DNA of 64,000 nucleotides from the human T2T-CHM13v2.0 reference genome, Homo sapiens. The position numbers were made by a program, and so were the translations under genes. Below, one piece after another: positions 54,020 through 64,000 of the stretch. Below the pieces are notes generated by a model. The model saw only the letters and a program-made list of their open reading frames with translations, did not search any database and was not told the origin of the DNA. Every line of letters starts with the position of its first letter. The first letter of the stretch is position 1. The stretch lies in the NCBI RefSeq assembly GCF_009914755.1, contig NC_060927.1, one strand, 5' to 3'.

Positions 54020-54380
54020 GTACGGTGTGGCATAAGAATGCAGGCTCTGAATCTACAGACTGCCTGGTTCAAATACTAGCTCTGCCAAAAACTAGTTACA
54101 TAAATGGAGCAGATTATTTAACCTCTCTTTATGCCTCAATTTTCTCATTTACAAAATTGTTGTTAGCATTAAGTGTGTTAATACTTATAAAATACTTCAT
54201 ATTTATATGTATGAAGTATTATTACTGCTTTAAAATACAATTGACTGATCACATTATTATACAGTACATATCTTCTACTGATATATGAGTTCCTTGAAGT
54301 AAGACCTATGTCTTATTGCTGTTACATCTTCAATGCATGAAACATAAGAAATGTTCAATCAGTGCTAGTTGAATTGAATT
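54020..54380 (+). mobile_element. MIR followed by an L2 3'-end fragment
   Basis: AGACTGCCTGGTTCAAATACTAGCTCTGCCA; ATGAGTTCCTTGAAG...TGTTCAATCAGTGCTAGTTGAATTGAAT. Confidence 0.7.
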
Positions 54381-55802
54381 AAATTTTTTAATTACTATTT
54401 TTTGTTTTCCTTTGACTAGATAATTTGTTTGGAGATTCTTCCAAAGATAATCACTTTTCTTCCTGTGCAACCTATATATTTTTTAAAACTATTTTAAATT
54501 ATTTAGTTTTAGAATTCTTTCTTATCTCTAAAATGTAAAAAGATATCAACAGATAGCATCAACAAATAGGTATCAGATGGTGAGATAAGAGATAACAAAA
54601 GCTGATAAATGTAAAAGCAAACAACAGTGAAAATTTGTGATATACAAGTTTCAGTTCCAAAGAAACAACGGATTAAGCTTTTATAAATAGCTAAAATGAA
54701 TAACAATTCAAGTGAATACCTCTTAAGATGTGCTACTCAACAAATGCTTTTTGAGCCAAACACTCTTTTGGATGCTGAGGACTCAGAAAAAGAAAAAAAA
54801 GTGCTTTTCCTGAAAGTCTTCTGATATTATTAAAGGGATGAAACATATATATTATAACCCTTGACTAACACGGAGTCATAAAGTCTTGAATATGAAGTCA
54901 TGTCATAGGTAATTAACCAGATTGGGTTCTAACCTTTAAATAATCTCTCCAAGCCCGTCAGCTGTAAAAAAGTTGTTAATGTTCCTTCAAAATGTGAAAT
55001 TCTAGAGCTTAATATCCATAAATAGAGCTTTCATTGTTATGCCTCAAAATTCAACAGCTTTCTCAGTTGACAGACATTTGTCTCATATTCCTTAAGTTAC
55101 CTTTTCCTACTCAGGAATAACCTTTTCTTACTTTTCAAAGAATAAAAGACATACAGATTTGGCAACAAGTAGGTTATTAGTAACATTCAAGCAAATAATA
55201 GCACAACTTTTTAATGATAGTAGATTTAATTATAAAGCCTTATAAAGGAAATTGATAATATATTCCAAATGAGACATCTTATTCGAATGCTCTGTGGATC
55301 ATTAAAACACATTTATTACTGTTGGTCAAGGAACGCAACCCTATTCCACTTCATATTAAGGTGAGAGTTATGAATTAATTCCTTAGTATTCATAATGTTT
55401 AAATAGATTAAGATCAATTTCCTTAAACTCCAGTGTCTCTAAATACCTTTCTAATTTACTGTTTCCATTGTCATCCGTTGTATAGCATGGTGTCTTTTAC
55501 CTGGTCAACATATCACCTCCTCTTGCTGGCTAGTCTATGTATGTTCCAGTTTGACTGTTCAGCTATAGTCTGAGTAAGAACTGGATATGTCCTTGCTTTT
55601 TTGATGGCATAGTCCTTGTTGATTAGCTTTTCTTTCATCAGTACTCTTGATTCAGTCTTACTGTGCTCTGATCATGCTGTCTACAAGTAATGGTAAAGGG
55701 GGTGTTTTGCCTCCTATACACCTTAACATAGAAAAATAGATCACATAGTTTTTCACTGTGCATGATATTGAGTGGTTGTGTCTGCATTCTTTCTTTTGTG
55801 TC

Positions 55803-56182
55803 TCATACAGCTTGGCTCTGTGTCCCCACACAAATCTCATGTTGAATTGTGATCCCAAGTGTTGAAGGAGGGATCTGGTGGGAAGTGTTGGATCATGGGA
55901 GCTAATTTCTCCCTTGTTGTCCCTGTGATAGTGAATGAGTTCTCATGAGACCTGGTTGTTTAAAAGTATGTAGCAATTCACCCTTTGCTCTCTCTCCTGC
56001 TGGCCATGCGAAGAAGTGCTTGCTTCCCCTTTGCCTTCTGCCATGATTGTAAGCTTCCTGAGGCCTTCCCAGCTATGCTTCCTGTACAGCCTGTGAAACT
56101 GTGAGCCAATTAAACCTCTTTTCTTTATAAATTACCCAGTCTCAGGTAGTTCTTTATAGCAGTGTGAGAACAGACTAATACA
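55803..56182 (+). mobile_element. THE1D-type MaLR LTR
   Basis: TGGCTCTGTGTCCCCAC..AAATCTCATGTTGAATTG...CAATTAAACCTCTTTTCTTTATAAATTACCCAGTCTCAGG...GACTAATACA; 5-bp near-TSD GTGTC/ATGTC. Confidence 0.9.
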
Positions 56183-56414
56183 ATGTCATTTAATAATTTG
56201 ACTTTCACTTCATCCTAATTTCCAGAGAACTTTGCTCCTAAATTACTTACATATTTATTATTTTATAGGGTTTCATACATATGTAGTATATATGTATGAA
56301 ATATATATATAATAGGGTTTATATATATGAGAAATACATATTTTGTAGGGTTTCATACATACATATATATACACACACACACGTATGTAGGATTTCATAT
56401 ATGTATATGTATGT

Positions 56415-57572
56415 ATGAAAACCTAAAAAATAATACAGGCAAAATAAGAGTAAATCTTCATGATCTTGGGTTAGGCAATAATATCTTAGATACCACACAA
56501 GCATAAGCAATTTAAAAATTTGATAAATTGTACCTAGTGAAATTTAAAACTATTGTGCTACAATAAACATGGTCAAGAAAATGAAATACAATCCATTGAC
56601 TGGGAGAAAAGTATTTGAAAATTATATCTCTCATAAGAGACTTGTATTCAGAATTTATAAAGAATACCTATAGATAAATAATGAAATAATAATGGACAAG
56701 AATTGAATAGACATTTTTCAAAGTGTATACACATTAACACGTGAAAATTTGTTCAGCACCATTAATCATTAGGAAAATGCAAATCAAAACCAAAATGAGT
56801 TACTACTTTACACCACTAGGGTAGCTATAATAAAAAAAACAGAAAACAACAAGTATTGGCAAAGATGTGGAGAGATTGGAACTCTCATACATTGCTTGTG
56901 GAAATGTAAAATGGTGTAGCCACTTTGGAAAACCATCTGGCAGTTTCTTAAAAAAAATTAAGCATAGACTTCCTATATGACCCAGCAATTCCACTGTTTA
57001 TTACCTACCTAGGAGAAATGAAAACATATGTTCACTCGAAGACAAATTTACACAGCAACATTTTTCATAATAACCAAAATGTGGAAACTATTCAAATGTC
57101 AATCAACTGGATAAAAGACATGAAAAAACATGCCTTATACACATATAATGGAATATTACACAGCAATAAAAAAGAACAAGGTACCCATACGTACTATACT
57201 ATGGAGAAACCTCAAAAATATTATGCTAAGTTGAGGGAGCCCAAAACAAAAGAACACATCTTATAATTTTATTTATATGAAATGTCTGGAACAAGCCAAT
57301 CTATAGAACAAAAAGTAAATTAGTGACTGCCTAAGGCCAAGAGTTTGGGATGGAAAGGGTGGGTGGTGGGGAAGGGGAAGGGGTAGGAATAGGAATAGGG
57401 AATAACTACAAATAAGCAAAATATTTCTTCTCAGGGTGATGGAAATATTTCAAAATTAGATTGTGGTGATAGCTGTGCAACTCTGTAAATACACTAAAAA
57501 AAATCACTGAATTGCAAACTTGAAACAGTGAATTTTATAGTATTTAAATATCTCAATAAATCTCTTTAAAAG
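56415..57572 (+). mobile_element. L1MB/L1MC 3' fragment
   Basis: GGAAAATGCAAATCAAAACCA, TATGACCCAGCAATTCCACT, G-rich 3' UTR, TCTCAATAAA end. Confidence 0.88.
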
Positions 57573-57619
57573 TAATAAGGTACATCCAAGAATTATAAAT
57601 TCAACTGCTATTTACATAC

Positions 57620-58075
57620 TGCTGAAGTAAAATAAGATATAGAGATGAATGTCTGAAATTAAAATGTTTTTTCTGGGAAGAAAGAATTGCAATTTGGGGC
57701 ATGTATGCAGACTGGCTGGTCTTGAGTATGACAGAACAAAGAGAAGGTAAGAGGTATTATTAAAAGGAGAAATGTTATGTATTGCTCTTTAAGAAACGTC
57801 ATTGGCAATAGTGAAGTTTGGGGGAGCTGGTAAACTCTGACTAGTGAGTGATTGAACTGGGTAAAACTCGTCTTAAAGTTGCAGCAGGTTGTTTCAGTAG
57901 TCTTTAGATAAAACTGGCATCAGGTTACAGTTGGCAGGTTCAGCAGCCAGGCTTACAGACAATTACATTTTTGGAGCAATGTTATGTGCCCTGAGTGCTT
58001 TTCCCTGCTGGCTTTTCAACTCTGTTTTAGTTGGGTGTGATAAGAATAACCCAATATGTATTATCAACTTTCGCA
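57620..58075 (-). mobile_element. Solo ERV1 LTR (MER72-like, tentative)
   Basis: TG...CA termini with a perfect 4-bp TSD ATAC; reverse start TGCGAAAGTTGATAATACATATTGGGTTATTCTTATCACACCCAACTAAAACAGAG. Confidence 0.8.
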
Positions 58076-58198
58076 ATACCAAAGATGCTCATAGCTTTAA
58101 CACAGATGTATTGTGAGGGAAAAAGACTCAGTAGTGTTGGAAATTGGAAATTATTCTATAAATTCTTTCTCTCTATAGTACACAAATTCTTCATAAAG

Positions 58199-59182
<984 letters not shown>

Positions 59183-59439
59183 AATTTTTAAATAAAATTT
59201 AGTTAAAACGAAAACCAAACACTTCCCATTAAAGATGATACACTAAATTTGCTGTTTGTTTTTCTCACTGCATGATATGTAATTTACTCTTTTGAAAGTA
59301 TAGACATTTGAAGCACATCAGGAGTCTAATACTTCACTTGCTTTCAAATTTATTTTCACTTAAAGAATGAAAGCCACAATTATGAATATGATTTGCTTTA
59401 TGTTTCATGTACCAACAAGTACATAGGAATGTGTATTTC

Positions 59440-59645
59440 TTAATCCAAGCTCTGTTACTAACAAGCAGGGTGACCTCAAGCAGGCTTCATAAATTCTATA
59501 TAATTTTTCCTACCCTTAAAATGACAATAATAAAGGTATAGGCCCCACAAACATGTTGTGGACATTAAATCAATCAATACATGTAAGCCACTTTGAAGAA
59601 TGCCCAGCAGATAATAAGCACTCAATAAACATAAATTATTATTGC
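59440..59645 (+). mobile_element. MIR
   Basis: GTGACCTCAAGCAGG...ACATGTAAGCCACTT..AATGCCCAGCAGATAATAAGCACTCAATAAA. Confidence 0.7.
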
Positions 59646-61196
59646 TATATTTCTTTACTAAGATGAAGAGTTTTTGAGGTCTTTTGTATACAAGAACTCC
59701 GTCAGAAATCATTTAATCCTCGTATTCTTTTGCTCACTTTAGACGTCTGTGAAGAAACAGGTAGATACATCTGATTCTAACCAGGTAGGAAAATATAGGC
59801 TGTTTTCTTTCAATGGACAGAGCAGTAAGGTAAAACAGAAATAATTGTGTCTACAAACTTTTGTTACAATGATGTGGGGCCTGGTACAATGAGAGCCTCA
59901 TGGGTGTTACTCAGAGTGGTTTATTTCTTTTCCTTCCTCACAGTGGTACTGTGAGGTTGATGGTGTTGGCTACAACTTTACAGCTAAAGATGACAATGGT
60001 CAGAATAGAGAAGGTGATGAGAGGGTAAATGGTGTCCTTAAGGAGGGCTATTATATGTGAGCTAATGTGTCCAATACACTAGGCATATTAACTCTGGGCA
60101 TAGTGTTACACCTATTTATACATGGAGACACTAGAGCTTAGCGATGGCAATATTCACTCAGTCAGCAAGCTAGATAGTAACAGAGACAAGACTCAGACTT
60201 CAAAGAAACTCCTATTATTCCCACAACAACACTCTGTCTTTCCCAAATACCAACCACACAGTCTGATACATTGAAAAAGTCAATTCTTTACTGCTTGAGA
60301 TAAGTTGCAAGCCACCAATCCTTCCCTCCTGGAAGATTTTATTTGACAGCTGGGTACAGCTTGTGTCTCTTTTTTCTTAATTTTGAAATCTGCTCTTCCC
60401 TTTACCCTAGATCTATATAGTTCATTTTAATGTGGTTCTCTGCAGCCCACATTTTCCTGTTTAAATCTTTCCTCTGACAAGTGATCGTTTATAAATGCAA
60501 TAACAGATATTAGTTGTGACAACTACATTGAAATAATTTGTATGGTAAAATTACTTCTAAATTAGTTTTTGGTAGTGCATAGATTTGCAGCTTAGTATTG
60601 TATAATTTGTACATGAAATTGGGTTATTCTGTCTGTGATTACAAAAACAGTCAGGGGCATGGGAGACATAAGAAAAAATTAAATTGATTAGTTTAAAGAG
60701 GATACATTAGTATGGCAAGAATATTTTTTTCCTGTCCATAAAATCCCACTTTAATCGTGTTATTCCCCATATCAGAACTCTCAATAATTCCCCAGTCCTT
60801 TTAAAAAGCAAACTGTTTATATAGTTTTCAAGTTTATCGGGTACTTCTCCAGTCACATCTCTCATAGCTTCTCTTAAAAACTTCCTGCTCAACCCACTGC
60901 CTGTTCAGCACATATCCACCTCTTTCATTTTATGTACTATTTACTTTCACTGTAATACTCCACATTCCTCTCTGGCTATATGCATCCTACTCCTCCTTCA
61001 AATCTCACTTACTTCATGAAGAGCCTTCCTTGCCTTCTCTCTCCTCTGAACTCCTATGTTCTTAGTGTAGTTGTCATTTACATGATTTTAGAGATAATTT
61101 GTAAATCCTGTTATATTTTAGAAGAGGAGAATGAAGATAAATTAGGTTGTGCAACATGACCTCTTTCTGATTGAGCTCATTAAGAACAAGGCTCAT

Positions 61197-61242
61197 GCTT
61201 TCCTACGGTTACAACATCAAAAGGAAAAAAAAAAAAAAAAAG
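61197..61242 (+). other. Tiny TSD-flanked retrotransposed insert (22 nt plus A-rich tail)
   Basis: AAGAACAAGGCT(C/G)AT duplicated at 61182-61196 and 61243-61257 around GCTTTCCTACGGTTACAACATC plus an A-rich tail. Confidence 0.75.
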
Positions 61243-61566
61243 AAGAACAAGGCTGATTTTAATTGCTCCAGGTGGTGGTGGATGCCTACAATACGGAAAG
61301 CATTGTGCTAAGAGCTTCTGGGATGCAAAGTGAATAAGATTATCTATATGAATTACCTACTTTCAGAACAAGGCTTTCTATGTCTTAAAATAAAGGAAGA
61401 GAAGGTATTGTCTGATATTTTCTGGCTTTATGACTCTGAAGGCCCTTTTATAGACTTCAGGAAAAAGTTTATATTAACACTAAGGAAAGATGTGAATGGT
61501 TTATTTGTCATCCAGCTTGGGAAATTCACTTCTCTGAGTGTCTTTCCAAATGTGCATATTGGCTGA

Positions 61567-62182
61567 TGTGATGATTAATTTTATCTATCAACTTGGCTAG
61601 GCCAGGGGACCCATATATTTTGCCAAACACATCCTGATGTTGCTTTGAAGGTGTCTTTTGGATGAGATTATATAAATCAGTTGACTTTGAGTAAAGCAGA
61701 TAACCCTCCACAATACAGGTAGGCCTCATTCAACTCATTCAATCAGTTGAAGGCCTTACTGGAAAAAAAAAAAAATAAAGACTGACTTCCCTAGAAGAGC
61801 GAACTCTACCTGTAGTCTGTCTTTTTATTCTTTCTTTCTTTTTTTTTTTTTTTTTTGGATATGGGGTCTTGCTATGTTGCCCAGGCTGGTCTCAAACTCC
61901 TGGGCTCAAGCAATTTGCCTGCCTCAGCCTCCTAAAGTGCTAGGATTACAGGTGTGAGCCACCATGCTTGGCTCCTGCAGTCTGTCTTTGGTCTCAAGTG
62001 GCAATATCAACTCATCTCTGGGTCTCCAGCCTGCTGGTCTACCCTGAAGAATATGGATTTAGCCTCCACAATTGCATTAGCCAATTCCTTAAATAATCTC
62101 TCTCTCCTCTCTCTCTTCTCTCTCTCTCTCCCTCCCTCCTTTCTCCAACTTATTGATTATTTTTCTCTGGAGAAACAATACA
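61567..62182 (+). mobile_element. MLT2B/C-type ERVL LTR interrupted by a FLAM
   Basis: TGTGATGATTAATTTTAT..TCAACTTGGCTAGGCCA..GACTTTGAGTAAAGCAGAT..AATACA; 5-bp near-TSD GCTGA/GCTAA. Confidence 0.88.
61825..61973 (-). mobile_element. FLAM_C / Alu left monomer
   Basis: Single reverse Alu arm; 16-bp TSD CCTG(T/C)AGTCTGTCTTT. Confidence 0.92.
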
Positions 62183-62879
62183 GCTAAGGCCCAGTTTAGC
62201 ACTAGTTGCCTATGATTTATGTATAAAATAAAATTTATTTTTCAAATTAGGGTTCAACTTTGTACACAAATCCTTGTCTGCATTAATTACTTTTCCTTAG
62301 TTTATATCCTTGAAGTGGAATCACTACATCAAAAGATATTAACATTTTTAAGATCCTTGATACTTATTTAGGTTGTATAAAATACCACAGGGCTTTGTGG
62401 CATGTTCCCTGAATTTATAATTTTGGAATTTGAATAGCGTAGAAGAAATAATTACAGAATTTTTGCAATTTGCATAGTGTCATTTATTTTACTTCTCTTT
62501 CTTTTCTATGAGGTGCTCCTTTTTCATTCTATGCCTTCGTGGATAACAGCAGCAATACTAGTCTATGAATATCAATTTTTTCCCATAGGCCTTAATCTTT
62601 TTCTGCTTGTGGCTGAGAAGATACCTCTGTCTAAAGCCACTCATATGAGAAACGAGTAGCTTCTAAAATACTGTTGGAGCAAAAAGGCACTTTCTAGCTA
62701 CATGTGTAGGACAGTATACCCTTACAAAAAAGTTTAATTCAGTTCTCCTAAATATTATACATTCATTTTTACTGAACATTGACCTGAAAGCACCCACACC
62801 TGTTATGCTGTTGTGCCATGTTTTTCTCTAAGTCTCCACTGATAGGACTTAGATTCATATTAATGCATTTTTCTTTAAT

Positions 62880-63000
62880 ATATTTATTCAGCAAATAGTT
62901 ACCCAGTTTTTAGTATATGCCAGACACTGGGATACAGCATGGAGAAAACAGACTTTTGTCTGCTCTGTGGAGCTTACATTCTAGTGGGAAAAGCATATCT
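62880..63000 (-). mobile_element. L2 3'-end fragment
   Basis: TTTATTCAGCAAATA..TATGCCAGACACTGGGATACAGC..GGAGCTTACATTCTAGTGGG. Confidence 0.75.
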
Positions 63001-63117
63001 TTGCCAAATGCACAAAAGTTTTAAAAATTAAGAAAGTAAAAAAAAAAGGTAAAATGAAATGGTTGGAATTACAAAGTAGGAATGGGTTGCAGCTGATTTT
63101 TCTTCTTTTTTTCTAAG

Positions 63118-63243
63118 GTACATGAGCCATGGGAACATTGTATTCATGACCCTTTTGTAACATATAGCCTTTGGAGGGTCTGGATTACACTTCCGAACTC
63201 TCACTGTTCTCTTGGGCTTGGTGGCCTCCCAGAACCCTGCCGG
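63118..63243 (+). other. Candidate internal exon (126 nt), probably non-coding or 5' UTR
   Basis: Long pyrimidine tract TTTTTCTTCTTTTTTTCTAAG with an upstream CTGAT branch-like motif; donor CGG|GTAAGC; unique, GC-richer body. Confidence 0.45.
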
Positions 63244-63289
63244 GTAAGCTAGAAGACGCAAAGCTTTCAAGGGAAGTGTTAGTACATTT

Positions 63290-63790
63290 GATAGAGTTAT
63301 TTTAAATTTATAAAACTAAATTATGTGCATTATCAAAGCTTCATAAAATAATCAAGGAGAAAGAAAAATTGACAGTTCAACTTACAATCAAGAGAGAACC
63401 ACTATTAACACTTTAATATATTAAAATATGTAATTGAAATAAAATATGTACATATAAATGTACATACTTTCAACACCAGGCTCATATTGTACATAGTATT
63501 TTGTAGCCTATGTTTATACTTAAAATTACGTTGTGGGATTTTTTGCTGTTTTTAAGTATTTTCTCAGAACATGATATTGAATGACTGTAAGAGTGTTCGT
63601 AATGCACCTAACCCATGTACTATTGGTGGGCATTTATCCTTTCTTTATCTGTTTATCTTATTATAGCACCTCTGATTACTTCCTTAAGATAATTTCGTAG
63701 AAGTAAAATTATTTTATCATTCTTGATGCATATATCTACATACTCCCACCAACAATGTGTACAAACACTAAAGAGGTTATATTAAAGGGC
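63290..63790 (-). mobile_element. Old L1 (L1ME/L1MC) fragment
   Basis: AACCACTATTAACACTTT...TATTGGTGGGCATTTA..GATTACTTCCTTAAGATAATTTC..AGAAGT..TACTCCCACCAACAATGT. Confidence 0.65.
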
Positions 63791-64000
63791 AAAAATCAAC
63801 CAAAGACTGGAAAGTAAGATGAACAGATAAATGACAGCAGTGCACAGTCTTACAGGTATCCACAGTGATAATTGCTGTCTTTGGTGAGGACTGTCTCTGT
63901 TCGGGTCCAACCATGTCTTTAGGTCCATGTTCACATTGGTTGTTTAATGGGCTGAGTAGTATTTTACAAGTAAGATTTGGGCATTCTTCCAGCTCTGGCC

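Noticed and set aside
57357-57383. Strong G-quadruplex motif GGGTGGGTGGTGGGGAAGGGGAAGGGG
   Set aside because: It sits in the normal G-rich tract of an L1 3' UTR, so it is expected.

Overview
AT-rich primate (human-like) non-coding DNA, about half of it transposon-derived. I count about 20 Alu/FLAM copies (J, S and Y), one 2.4-kb 5'-truncated primate L1 and several older L1M pieces, about 12 solo LTRs (ERV1, ERVL, MaLR), DNA-transposon fossils (MER2, MER44, MER45, MER91, Tigger-like), many MIR/L2/L3 fragments and microsatellites. No protein-coding gene, tRNA, rRNA, CpG island or CRISPR array is recognisable. Every listed ORF looks like a repeat read-through or a chance ORF, except an L1 ORF2 remnant, and I could not identify the locus. 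Repeat subfamily names come from remembered consensus sequences and need RepeatMasker/Dfam confirmation. I find no evidence of a new multi-gene system. The best-supported oddities are small structures seen directly in the sequence: a TSD-flanked 22-nt orphan retrocopy with poly(A), a 58-bp fold-back inverted duplication inside an MLT1 LTR, an L1 with an apparent 20-nt 3' transduction, a near-identical 51-bp templated copy of an old LTR start 2 kb away, and a 266-bp tandem duplication with junction microhomology. There are also candidate non-coding exons on the + strand and several enhancer/promoter-like motif clusters, all inferential.
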